A DNA stretch of 47,679 nucleotides from Acidobacteriota bacterium (GTDB lineage Bacteria > Acidobacteriota > Thermoanaerobaculia > Gp7-AA8): NCBI GenBank assembly GCA_019244185.1, contig JAFATB010000024.1, positions 1 to 47,679 of the forward strand, in the 5' to 3' direction. Made by a program: the position numbers and the translations under genes. Within the stretch, counting starts at the first letter, position 1. Each line of letters starts with the position of its first letter. The notes beneath the pieces are model-generated. The model was given only the letters and a program-made list of their open reading frames with translations, was not told where the DNA came from and ran no database searches. Shown piece after piece: positions 1 to 8,889 of this stretch.

Positions 1-1827
1 CTTCAGGTACGCCAGGGACGAATAGCCCGTCCCGAAATCGTCGATGGAGACGCCGACGCCCATAGAGCGCAAGCGCTCGAGGACTTCCATTGCGCGGGCC
101 GCGTCAGCCATCAAGGTGCTTTCGGTGATCTCGAGCGTCAACCACTCGGGTCTCACCGCGTGGCGCTCGAGGACGCGAACCACGCACGGCACCAGGTCAG
201 GATCCTGCAGGTTTCGCATCGAGAGGTTGACCGCCATGCGCAGCTTGAGACCCTGCGTCCACCACAGCTCTTGCTGCGCGACCGCCGCCTCGAGGACGCG
301 CCGGCCAAGCGGTCGGATTAAGCGGCTCTGCTCGGCGATGGCGATGAAGCGGTCGGGACCGATCAGGCCGTGCCGCGGGTGCTGCCAGCGGACGAGCGCT
401 TCGACGCCGACCATCTCGCCCGACCCGCATTCCAGCACCGGCTGGTAATGCAAGACCAGGCCGCCTTCGTCGATGGCGCGCCGCAGCTCGAAGGTGAGGG
501 TGAGGTCGTGGGCGTCGGAGCCGGCCTCGGGAACATAGATGGCCGTGCCCGACCCACCCCGTTTCGCCTGGTACATGGCGGCGTCACCGTGACGCAGGAG
601 CGTGTCGGCGTCCTCGCCGTGGCGCGGAAAGAGCACGATCCCGATGCTGGCGCGCATCTCCAGCTGCTCGCCCTCGATGGTGACCGGTTGGATCAGCGAT
701 TCGAGCAGCCGCGTCGCCGCCAGCGTCGCGCCGTTTTCGTCGCGGACGCCGGGGAGGATGACGGCGAACTCGTCGCCGCCGAGGCGCGCGACGGTGTCGC
801 TCGCGCGCATGCTCTTGCGGAGGCGATCCGCGACCGCGATCAGCAGCTCGTCGCCGACGGTATGTCCGAGGCTGTCGTTCACGACCTTGAAGCGATCGAG
901 GTCGAGGAAGAGCACCGCGTACACGGCGTCGGAACGCCGGTGCTGCGCGTCGATGGCGCGTTGCAGGCGGTCCATGAACAGCGCGCGGTTCGGCAGTTGC
1001 GTGAGCGCGTCGTGGAACGCGTCGAACGTCAGCCGCTCCTCGGCGCGTTTGCGCTCGGTGATGTCGGTCTGCGAGCCGGCGAGGCGCAGCGCGCGGCCGT
1101 TCGCGTCGCGCACGGCCAGGCCGCGGCTGAGCATCCAGCGCACCTCGCCGTCGCGCGTGCGCATGCGGTGCTCGTTCTCGAAGTGCGGCGTGTGTCCCTG
1201 AAGGTGATGTTCGAGCGCGCCGCGGAGGATGGCCACGTCGTCCTCGTGCACGCGCGAGAACCATTCGTCGGGCGCGCTGCCGATCGCGTCCTCGCCGTAG
1301 CCGAGCATCGACTTCCAGCGCGGCGAGAAGTAGACCTCGTCGCTGACGAGGTCCCACACCCAGAGGCCGTCGTTCGCGCCGCGCGCGGAGAGCGCGTAGC
1401 GTTCCTCGCTCTCGCGCAGCGCCTGCAGCGTGCGGCTCTGCTGCAGCGCGTAGCGGATCGAGCGTTCGAGCAGCGACGCGTCGATGCGGCCTTTCACGAG
1501 ATAGTCGGCCGCGCCGGCCTGCATCGCGGCGAGATCGACGTCGCCGTCGGCGAGGCCGGTGAGCAGGATGAGCGGCTTCGTGCAGCCGTTCGCGGTGACG
1601 GTGCGCAGGAGCTCGAGGCCGTCGTGTTCGCCGAGGCGGTAGTCGATGAGGTAGACGTCGTGCGTGTCGCGCGCGATCTCGGCGGCGGCTTCGTCGAACG
1701 TCGCGACCCAGTCGAGCGTGAAGGGCGTACGGCGGCTGTCGGCGAGGAGCTCGCGCGTGACGACGTAGTCGTCCTCGTCATCGTCGACGAGGAGGATGCG
1801 GACAGCGCTGGTGTCGAGATCAGACAA
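1..1827 (-). CDS. REC-PAS-GGDEF-EAL signalling protein (3' end runs off the window)
   Basis: Manual minus-strand translation (absent from the track because there is no stop in the window): TTG start at 1827, RILLVDDDEDD receiver, PAS (ANDGLWVWDL...RVHEDD), FLDLDRFKVVNDSLGH, ARLGGDEF, VEALVRW, SIDDFGTGYSSLAYLK at the edge. Confidence 0.93.
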   Translation of the reverse strand, partial: MSDLDTSAVRILLVDDDEDDYVVTRELLADSRRTPFTLDWVATFDEAAAEIARDTHDVYLIDYRLGEHDGLELLRTVTANGCTKPLILLTGLADGDVDLAAMQAGAADYLVKGRIDASLLERSIRYALQQSRTLQALRESEERYALSARGANDGLWVWDLVSDEVYFSPRWKSMLGYGEDAIGSAPDEWFSRVHEDDVAILRGALEHHLQGHTPHFENEHRMRTRDGEVRWMLSRGLAVRDANGRALRLAGSQTDITERKRAEERLTFDAFHDALTQLPNRALFMDRLQRAIDAQHRRSDAVYAVLFLDLDRFKVVNDSLGHTVGDELLIAVADRLRKSMRASDTVARLGGDEFAVILPGVRDENGATLAATRLLESLIQPVTIEGEQLEMRASIGIVLFPRHGEDADTLLRHGDAAMYQAKRGGSGTAIYVPEAGSDAHDLTLTFELRRAIDEGGLVLHYQPVLECGSGEMVGVEALVRWQHPRHGLIGPDRFIAIAEQSRLIRPLGRRVLEAAVAQQELWWTQGLKLRMAVNLSMRNLQDPDLVPCVVRVLERHAVRPEWLTLEITESTLMADAARAMEVLERLRSMGVGVSIDDFGTGYSSLAYLK

Positions 1828-1835
1828 GGTCGAGA

Positions 1836-2288
1836 TCAGTCAATGTGATCGGGAGGCAGCTCGACGATCTCGATCCAGTAGCGGCCGATGTCGCGCATTA
1901 CGGCGACGAGGCCGTCGAAGCTCACCGGCTTGGTGATGAACGAGTTCGCGCCGAGGTCGTACGTGCGGTAGATGTCCTCTTCGGCTTTGGAGGTAGTCAG
2001 CACGACCACCGGAATGCGGCGGAGATCGGGATCGGCTTTGATCTCGCGCAGCGCCTCGCGGCCGTCTTTGCGCGGCATGTTGAGGTCGAGGAGGATGAGG
2101 CCGGGCGTCGGCGCGTCGACGTTCGCGTAGCGTCCGCGGCGGTAGAGATACTCGAGCAGCTCTTCGCCGTCCTCGACGAAGCGCAGATCGTTCGCGACGC
2201 GGCTCGCGTGCAGCGCGTCCGCGGCGAGCATGCGGTCTTCCTCGTCGTCATCGGCCAGCAGGATGACGATCGGTCTGCCGTGATCCAT
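1836..2288 (-). CDS. Single-domain response regulator (Rcp1-like)
   Basis: MDHGRPIVILLADDDEED...LILLDLNMPRKDG...VVVLTTS...GANSFITKP; real start is the internal ATG at 2288. Confidence 0.93.
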   Translation of the reverse strand: MDHGRPIVILLADDDEEDRMLAADALHASRVANDLRFVEDGEELLEYLYRRGRYANVDAPTPGLILLDLNMPRKDGREALREIKADPDLRRIPVVVLTTSKAEEDIYRTYDLGANSFITKPVSFDGLVAVMRDIGRYWIEIVELPPDHID

Positions 2289-4065
2289 TCGTGTTCTCTC
2301 CCTCGGCGTGCCGCGCCGGAAGCGTGACCAGGAACGTCGCGCCTTCGCCCGGCGTGCTGCGCGCGGTGATGGTACCGCCGTGCCGCTCCGCGATTCTGCG
2401 ACAAATCGCGAGCCCGATGCCGGTGCCCTCGTATTTTCCGCGCCCGTGCAGGCGCTCGAACATCGTGAAGATGCGCTCGGCGTATTTCTCGTCGAAGCCG
2501 ATGCCGTTGTCGGAGACGCGCAAGTGACAGGCGCCGTCATCGAGCGAGCCTTCGATGGTGACGACCGGCGTCACGTCGGGCCGATGGAACTTCAGCGCGT
2601 TGCCCGCGAGGTTCTGCAGCAGCTGGCGCATCTGCAGCGGATCGGCGTCGATGGCGGGCAGTGGACCGATGTCGATGCGGCCGCCGGCGTCGTGCACGCG
2701 CACTTCGAGGTCCTTCGCGACTTCGCGCGCGACGGTCTCGAGCGACACGCGGACGAACGGCTGCGCCTTCGTCGTCACGCGCGAAAACATCAGCAGATCG
2801 TTGATCAGCACCTGCATGCGCTTCGCGGCCGCGCGCATGCGGGCGATGTAGTCGACGCCCTGCGGCGGCAGCGCGGCACCGTGTTTCTGTTCGAGGAGAT
2901 CGCCGAACGCCTGGATCTTGCGCAGCGGTTCCTGCAGGTCGTGCGAGGCGACGTACGCGAAGTCTTCGAGCTCGCGGTTGCTCTGCTCGAGGCGTTTCAT
3001 CGCGGACCGCAGCTCGGCGTCGGCGCGTTTGCGCTCGCGGATGTCGCGCGCGATGAGCACAGCGCCGCGGTCGACGTTGTCCTCGCGCACGGGGGAGATG
3101 GAGACGCTGACGTCGACGGTGCCGCCGTCGCGGTGGCGGAAGATGCGTTCCTGATCGCGGATCGCGCCGCGCTTCGACAGCTCGGCGAGAGTGCGGGAGA
3201 TCGTGGCGTCGCCGTCGCTGACCGGTTCGAGCGTGTCGATGCTGCGGCCGTGCAGCTCGGCTTCCGGAAATCCGAGGAGCGTCGTGACGGCGCCGTTCGT
3301 CACGCGGATCTTCGCGGAAGTGTCGAGCACGAAGAGCGCGTCGGCCATCGTGTCGAGGATCTCGCGCGACGCGCGCGCGGCGGTGATCGGCTGAAAGCGG
3401 TGGCGGCGGATCGAGCCCCAGGCGATGGCGATGAACGCGAGCACCGGGATGTAGCCGACCGGCGGCAGGTTCGCGCCGAACATCGGGATGAAGTCGATGG
3501 CGCCGGCGTAGACGACGGCGAAGCTCACCATCAGCTTCGCCACGCGGCGGCGTCGTGTCGCGTCGCGCGTCTGGCGGTACTCGACGATCCCTTCGACGAG
3601 ATGCGCGAGCAGCGCGCCGAAGAAGATCACGAGAAAGAGCGGCGTGAGCCGTCCCGCGACCGCGTACCAGCCCCACGGATGCGGATCGACGCGCAGCACG
3701 ATCGCGCTCGTGAAGAGGGACAGCGCGGCGAACGCGGCCGAAATGATCCAGAGCGCGCGGACGATCAGCGTGCGGCTGCGCGGCAGCCGCAGCGCTGTCG
3801 CCGTGAAGTCATAGATCGCCGCGGGAAGGAACGCGACGCCGGCCAGCGCGATGCGCGCCCACACCGCCGCGAGGTCGGCGTCGGCCGAGAGAAACATCCC
3901 CGCGAAGCCGCCGAACCAGACGCCGACCAGCACGATCATCGCGCAGAACAGCACGGCCACGCGCGAGGCGCGCTGGCGCTGGTAGATCACGCCGGCGAGC
4001 ACGACCAGCGCGAAGCCGACGATCGCCCACGGAAGAGCGTACGGATTCCAACGCACCGGCGGCAC
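2248..4065 (-). CDS. Membrane sensor histidine kinase (multi-TM N-terminus, PAS, HisKA, HATPase)
   Basis: About 7 hydrophobic segments, PAS, H-box FAYVASHDLQEPLRKI, N-box NLAGNALKF, DNGIGF, GTGIGLAIC; operonic with the response regulator and the GGDEF-EAL gene. Confidence 0.93.
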   Translation of the reverse strand: MPPVRWNPYALPWAIVGFALVVLAGVIYQRQRASRVAVLFCAMIVLVGVWFGGFAGMFLSADADLAAVWARIALAGVAFLPAAIYDFTATALRLPRSRTLIVRALWIISAAFAALSLFTSAIVLRVDPHPWGWYAVAGRLTPLFLVIFFGALLAHLVEGIVEYRQTRDATRRRRVAKLMVSFAVVYAGAIDFIPMFGANLPPVGYIPVLAFIAIAWGSIRRHRFQPITAARASREILDTMADALFVLDTSAKIRVTNGAVTTLLGFPEAELHGRSIDTLEPVSDGDATISRTLAELSKRGAIRDQERIFRHRDGGTVDVSVSISPVREDNVDRGAVLIARDIRERKRADAELRSAMKRLEQSNRELEDFAYVASHDLQEPLRKIQAFGDLLEQKHGAALPPQGVDYIARMRAAAKRMQVLINDLLMFSRVTTKAQPFVRVSLETVAREVAKDLEVRVHDAGGRIDIGPLPAIDADPLQMRQLLQNLAGNALKFHRPDVTPVVTIEGSLDDGACHLRVSDNGIGFDEKYAERIFTMFERLHGRGKYEGTGIGLAICRRIAERHGGTITARSTPGEGATFLVTLPARHAEGENTNGSRQTDRHPAGR

Positions 4066-4102
4066 GGAGCGATTGTAGGTCCGTTAGAATGGCAGCCGCT
4101 CC

Positions 4103-7100
4103 ATGTCCTTCGTCCATCTCCATCTCCACACCGAATACTCACTCCTCGACGGCGCCTCGCGGCCCGAAGATCTCGCCAAGCGCGTCGGCAAGCTGGGCAT
4201 GCCCGCGTGCGCCATCACCGACCACGGCAACATGTTCGGCGCGGTCGAGTTCTACAACGCGATGAAGAAGGAGGGAGTGAAGCCGATCATCGGCTGCGAG
4301 ATGTACGTCGCCTACGGCTCCCGCTTCGACAAGGCGGGCGTCGAGGATGGCCAGGCCGACGCCGGCGCGAACAACCACCTCATCGTCCTCGCGGCGAACG
4401 ACGCCGGCTACAAGAACCTCGTCAAGCTCGTGAGCGCGGGCTACACGGAAGGCTTCTACTACAAGCCGCGCATCGACAAGGAGCTGCTGCGCGCGCATCG
4501 CGAGGGACTGATCGTCCTCTCGTCGTGTCTCAAGGGCGAAGTCTCGCAGTCGCTCGCCGGCGGCAACTGGGAGAAAGCGAAAAACGCCGCGCTGCAGTAC
4601 CGCGAGATCCTCGGACCCGAAAACTTCTTTCTGGAGATCCAGGACCACGGCATTCCGGATCAGCAGAAGATCGTCCCGATGATGGCGCAGCTCGGCCGCG
4701 AGGTCGGCCTGCAGCTCGTCGGCACGAACGACTCGCATTACCTCGACAAGTCGGATGCGTTCGCGCACGAGGTCCTGCTCTGCATCGGGACAGGCAAGAC
4801 GCTGGGCGACGAGAAGCGGATGAAGTTCTACTCCGACGACTTCTACGTCAAAGGTCCCGACGAGATGCGGCGCGTGTTCGGCGATTATCCGGAGGCGGCC
4901 GACAACACCGTGCGCATCGCCGAGCGCATCAACCTCTCGCTCGACGTCCACGGCTATCACCTGCCGAAGTTCCCCGTGCCCCCGAAGGAAGATCTCGGCA
5001 GCTATCTGATGAAAGTCGCGCGCGCGGGACTCGAGCGGAGGCTCAACGCGATGGCGCCGCTCTTCGCCGCGAAGCAGAAGAAGCACGAGGTGAAGGAGTA
5101 CTGGGACCGGCTCGAGCGCGAAGTCGACATCATCAAGACGATGGGCTTCCCCGGCTACTTTCTCGTGGTGTGGGACTTCATCAAGTACGCGCGCGACCAC
5201 GGTATCCCGGTCGGACCGGGACGCGGTTCCGCGGCGGGCTCGGTGGTGGCGTGGGCGCTCGAGATCACGAACGTCGATCCGCTCGAGTACGACCTCCTCT
5301 TCGAGCGCTTCCTCAATCCCGAGCGCATCTCGATGCCCGACATCGATCTCGACTTCTGCATGAACCGCCGCGGTGAAGTGATCGACTACGTGCGCGACAA
5401 GTACGGCAAGGAGAACGTCGCGCAGATCATCACGTTCGGGACGATGGCGGCCAAGTCGGTGGTCCGCGACGTCGGCCGCGTGATGGGGCATCAGTACGGC
5501 TTCGTCGACAAGATCTCGAAGATGATCCCGGGTGGTCCCGGCGTCACGCTCACCGACGCGAAGAAGGACTCGCCGCAGCTCGCCGAGGCGATCAAGAACG
5601 ACGACGAAGTGAAGAAGATCATCGAGATCGGCGAACGGCTCGAAGGTCTCTCGCGCCACGCCGGCATGCACGCCGCGGGCGTGGTCATCACGCCGGAGCC
5701 GGTCACGAACTACGTGCCGCTGTATCGCACGAACCGCGATGAAATCGTGACGCAGTTCGACATGCGCGTGGTCGAGAAGATGGGCCTCGTGAAGATGGAC
5801 TTCCTCGGCCTGCGCACGCTGACCGTCATCGACGACGCGGTGAAGTCGGCGAAGGCGGTCGACGGCGTCGACATCGACATCGAGGCCATTCCGCTCGACG
5901 ATCCCGAAGTCTACCGGCTGTTTCAGGAAGGCCGCACGAAGGGTGTGTTCCAGTTCGAGTCGGGCGGCATGGTCGACCTGCTGCGCAAGTCGCGGCCGAC
6001 GCAGTTCGAGGATCTCGCCGCGCTCAACGCGTTGTACCGGCCGGGCGCGCTCGACGCGGGCATGGTCGACGTCTACGTGAAGTGCAAGATCGGCACGCAG
6101 AGGCCGAAGTACCTCGTGCCGGTGATGAAGGAAGTGCTCGAGGAGACGTACGGGATCATCGTCTACCAGGAGCAGGTCATGCAGATCGCGCAGCGCGTGG
6201 CCGGCTACTCGCTCGGCCAGGCCGACCTGCTGCGCAAGGCGATGGGCAAGAAGGACGCGGCGGTCATGGCCGCGGAGCGCGGCAAGTTCGTCGAAGGCTC
6301 GGTCAAGAACGGCTACGAGGCGAAGAAGGCCAACGAGATCTTCGACTACATCGAGCCGTTCGCGCGCTACGGCTTCAACAAGTCGCACTCCGTCGCCTAC
6401 GCGCTCGTCGCGTACCAGACCGCGTGGCTGAAGGTGCACTACCCGCGGCACTTCATGGCCGCGCTGATGTCGTCGGAAATGGACCGCACGGAAGCGGTCG
6501 TGAAGTTCATCAACGAGGCGAAGTCGCTCGGCATCGAGGTGCTGCCGCCCGACGTCAACGAGTCGAACATGTTCTTCACCGTCGTCGGTCCGAATATTCG
6601 TTTCGGCCTCGGCGCGGTGAAAGGCGTCGGCGAGAGCGCGATCGAATCGATCCTCATCGCGCGGCAGAAGCAGGGCCGCTTCTCGTCGCTCTTGCAGTTC
6701 TGCGAGGAAGTCGATCTCCGCGCCTGCAACAAGAAAGTGCTCGAAGCGCTGATCAAGTCGGGCTCCTTCGACTTCCTCGGCATGACCCGCCGCGCGCTCT
6801 TCGAGCAGCTGGAGTCGACCGCTGATTCCGCGCAGCGCGCGAAGGACGAGAAGGAGCGCGGCCAGAACTCGCTCTTCGGCATGTTCGCCGCGGCCGCGCC
6901 GAAGTCATCGACGCCGTCGCAGGTGAGCCGCATGCCAGAGTGGCCGGAAGACGAGCGCCTGCGCTACGAGAAGGAAACGCTCGGTTTCTACATCACCGGA
7001 CATCCCCTCAACCGCTACTCCGACGAGCTGCGGCTCTTTGCCAACGCGACCACCGACTCGCTGTACAAGCACGTCGATGAGGTCGTGAACATCGGCGGCA

Positions 7101-7945
7101 TCGTGTCGCAGATGAAGAAGTCGAAGATCAAGAAGGGGCCGAACGAGGGGAAGGTGATGGCGAAGTTCATCCTCGACGATCAGGCCGGCTCCGTCGAGGT
7201 CGTCGTCTTCTCCGACCTCTACTCGAAGTACATGAAGTGGCTCGACAACGGCGTGGCGGTCCTCGTGACGGCGACGGTGAAGGACACCGGCGGCCAGCAG
7301 GCGGGACGCAGCGCGTCGCTGCAATCCGCCGAACAGGCCGCGCAGCACATCGACGACGAGTACGGCGGACATCCGGAGTCGCGCGCGCGCATCTCCGCGT
7401 ACGAGCTGCGACTCGAGGACGCGGAAGACGATCGCGATCCGAAGGAGATCGAGCGCGAACGGTACGGCGACCGCGCCGACAACTTCGCGCTCTTCGGCGG
7501 CGCGCCTGCCGCGGCCCCCGCGCTCGTCGACGACGCCGATGCGTTCAATAGCGCGGCCGAGGCGATCGCGGAGGAAGGGCCGGCGACGACGTTTGCCGCG
7601 CATGCCGCCGCGTTTCACGAGTCACCGGTGACGCCGGAGCTCTCCGCGCTCGAGATCGTGCTCCTCGACGGCATCCGCGACCGGAAGGTCAAGGAGATCG
7701 CGCTCGAAGTGCCGTATCCGCGCATGAACGACGACACGGTGAAGAAGATCCGCGAGATCGTCGAGGAGCACGCGGGCGAGATCCCGGTGACGGTCACGAT
7801 CGTCGATCTGCCGCCCGACCTCGCCGCGTCGACCGGCGCGCCGCAGCTGCGGCTGAAGGTGAACCATCACTTCCGCGTGCAGCCCGGCGCGGCGCTCACC
7901 GACGCGCTCATCGGCGTCCACGCGAATCCGCGTTACGTGTTCTGA
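4103..7945 (+). CDS. dnaE: DNA polymerase III alpha subunit
   Basis: PHP motif FVHLHLHTEYSLLDG, GRGSAAGS, catalytic SMPDIDLDF, KMDFLGL, YGFNKSH, clamp-binding QNSLF, OB fold. Confidence 0.99.
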   Translation: MSFVHLHLHTEYSLLDGASRPEDLAKRVGKLGMPACAITDHGNMFGAVEFYNAMKKEGVKPIIGCEMYVAYGSRFDKAGVEDGQADAGANNHLIVLAANDAGYKNLVKLVSAGYTEGFYYKPRIDKELLRAHREGLIVLSSCLKGEVSQSLAGGNWEKAKNAALQYREILGPENFFLEIQDHGIPDQQKIVPMMAQLGREVGLQLVGTNDSHYLDKSDAFAHEVLLCIGTGKTLGDEKRMKFYSDDFYVKGPDEMRRVFGDYPEAADNTVRIAERINLSLDVHGYHLPKFPVPPKEDLGSYLMKVARAGLERRLNAMAPLFAAKQKKHEVKEYWDRLEREVDIIKTMGFPGYFLVVWDFIKYARDHGIPVGPGRGSAAGSVVAWALEITNVDPLEYDLLFERFLNPERISMPDIDLDFCMNRRGEVIDYVRDKYGKENVAQIITFGTMAAKSVVRDVGRVMGHQYGFVDKISKMIPGGPGVTLTDAKKDSPQLAEAIKNDDEVKKIIEIGERLEGLSRHAGMHAAGVVITPEPVTNYVPLYRTNRDEIVTQFDMRVVEKMGLVKMDFLGLRTLTVIDDAVKSAKAVDGVDIDIEAIPLDDPEVYRLFQEGRTKGVFQFESGGMVDLLRKSRPTQFEDLAALNALYRPGALDAGMVDVYVKCKIGTQRPKYLVPVMKEVLEETYGIIVYQEQVMQIAQRVAGYSLGQADLLRKAMGKKDAAVMAAERGKFVEGSVKNGYEAKKANEIFDYIEPFARYGFNKSHSVAYALVAYQTAWLKVHYPRHFMAALMSSEMDRTEAVVKFINEAKSLGIEVLPPDVNESNMFFTVVGPNIRFGLGAVKGVGESAIESILIARQKQGRFSSLLQFCEEVDLRACNKKVLEALIKSGSFDFLGMTRRALFEQLESTADSAQRAKDEKERGQNSLFGMFAAAAPKSSTPSQVSRMPEWPEDERLRYEKETLGFYITGHPLNRYSDELRLFANATTDSLYKHVDEVVNIGGIVSQMKKSKIKKGPNEGKVMAKFILDDQAGSVEVVVFSDLYSKYMKWLDNGVAVLVTATVKDTGGQQAGRSASLQSAEQAAQHIDDEYGGHPESRARISAYELRLEDAEDDRDPKEIERERYGDRADNFALFGGAPAAAPALVDDADAFNSAAEAIAEEGPATTFAAHAAAFHESPVTPELSALEIVLLDGIRDRKVKEIALEVPYPRMNDDTVKKIREIVEEHAGEIPVTVTIVDLPPDLAASTGAPQLRLKVNHHFRVQPGAALTDALIGVHANPRYVF

Positions 7946-7957
7946 GGCGATGCGCGC

Positions 7958-8749
7958 TTACCGCGCCGGAGGCGGCACGTCGTTGATGCGCGTCTCGAAG
8001 GTGTGCAGCAGCTCTTCGTACGCCGCGGGCGTGACGCGCAGTCCGTTTCCGAACGGATACTCGAGCATGCTCACGAGCAGCACGCCGTAGACGATGACCG
8101 CGGAGAGGAACGCCGTCGCCGCGATCTGGATCGACAGATAGCGCGTGCCGTAGAACCACGTGAACATGATCGTGCCCACCGCGCCGGCGATCAGCAGGAC
8201 CCACATGCTCGTCGGCAGCGAGTTGTTGCTGGCCAGGATGCGCAGGCGGCGCGCCATGGCGAAGTCGTTCAGCCGGTCGAGACCTTCCCGGTAGAACGAC
8301 ACCTGGCGGATGTCGTTCGGATCGGGCGACAGCTGGTAGTAATCGTCCCAGATCACGTCGTTCTTCTCGTTCATGGTCGTCTCGAGGCCGTGCTCCATCT
8401 TCGGGAAGTCGTTCTCGATCACGTCGTGCAGGTACGCGATGAGATGCCGGCGAAGACGCATGCGGTCCGCGGCCGGGAACGGCTCCGCGTTTCTCCACAA
8501 CGTGTTCACGAGTGCGACCTCGCGCGCGACCTTCTCGTCCGCGTCGTCGAGCTGCTGCCACACGACCACCACCGTGAAGGCGAGATAGATCCCGTACACG
8601 AGGCTCAGGATCGAGAAGGTGAAGCCGACGTATTCGTTGTTCTCGGAGAGCTTGTGCGCGGGGATGAAGCGCCGCACGACGATCATGCCGCCGACGGACG
8701 CAAGGACGGCGACGAGCAGCAGCGCGAGCGTGCCGGGAGGCATGAACAT
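7958..8749 (-). CDS. DUF4239-like integral membrane protein
   Basis: Four TM segments, YGIYLAFTVVVVWQ, RRLR and LEYPFG patterns recognised as typical of this family; start ATG 8749 chosen. Confidence 0.7.
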   Translation of the reverse strand: MFMPPGTLALLLVAVLASVGGMIVVRRFIPAHKLSENNEYVGFTFSILSLVYGIYLAFTVVVVWQQLDDADEKVAREVALVNTLWRNAEPFPAADRMRLRRHLIAYLHDVIENDFPKMEHGLETTMNEKNDVIWDDYYQLSPDPNDIRQVSFYREGLDRLNDFAMARRLRILASNNSLPTSMWVLLIAGAVGTIMFTWFYGTRYLSIQIAATAFLSAVIVYGVLLVSMLEYPFGNGLRVTPAAYEELLHTFETRINDVPPPAR

Positions 8750-8889
8750 GTTGGGTTTCTCCGAGCGGGTGACGCCGGATTGTAGCAAGAGGGGTCCGCG
8801 CGGCCGGCGCGCGGGTGCGGTGGGCGTTTGCGTTTCATCGTATACTCGCGCCGGTCCGAAGTTATTTACGAGCCGAAGGGGAGGGCGCG

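Noticed and set aside
370-1848. 492-aa plus-strand ORF, and similar long ORFs such as 2308-5376, 4139-6451, 30448-32964, 37158-39290 and 40812-42710
   Set aside because: Antisense or off-frame shadows of real GC-rich genes, with no recognisable motifs; stop codons are rare at this GC content.
7285-7635. Possible intein in DnaE
   Set aside because: No N-terminal Cys/Ser block, no His-Asn end and no LAGLIDADG motif; reported instead as an acidic insertion.
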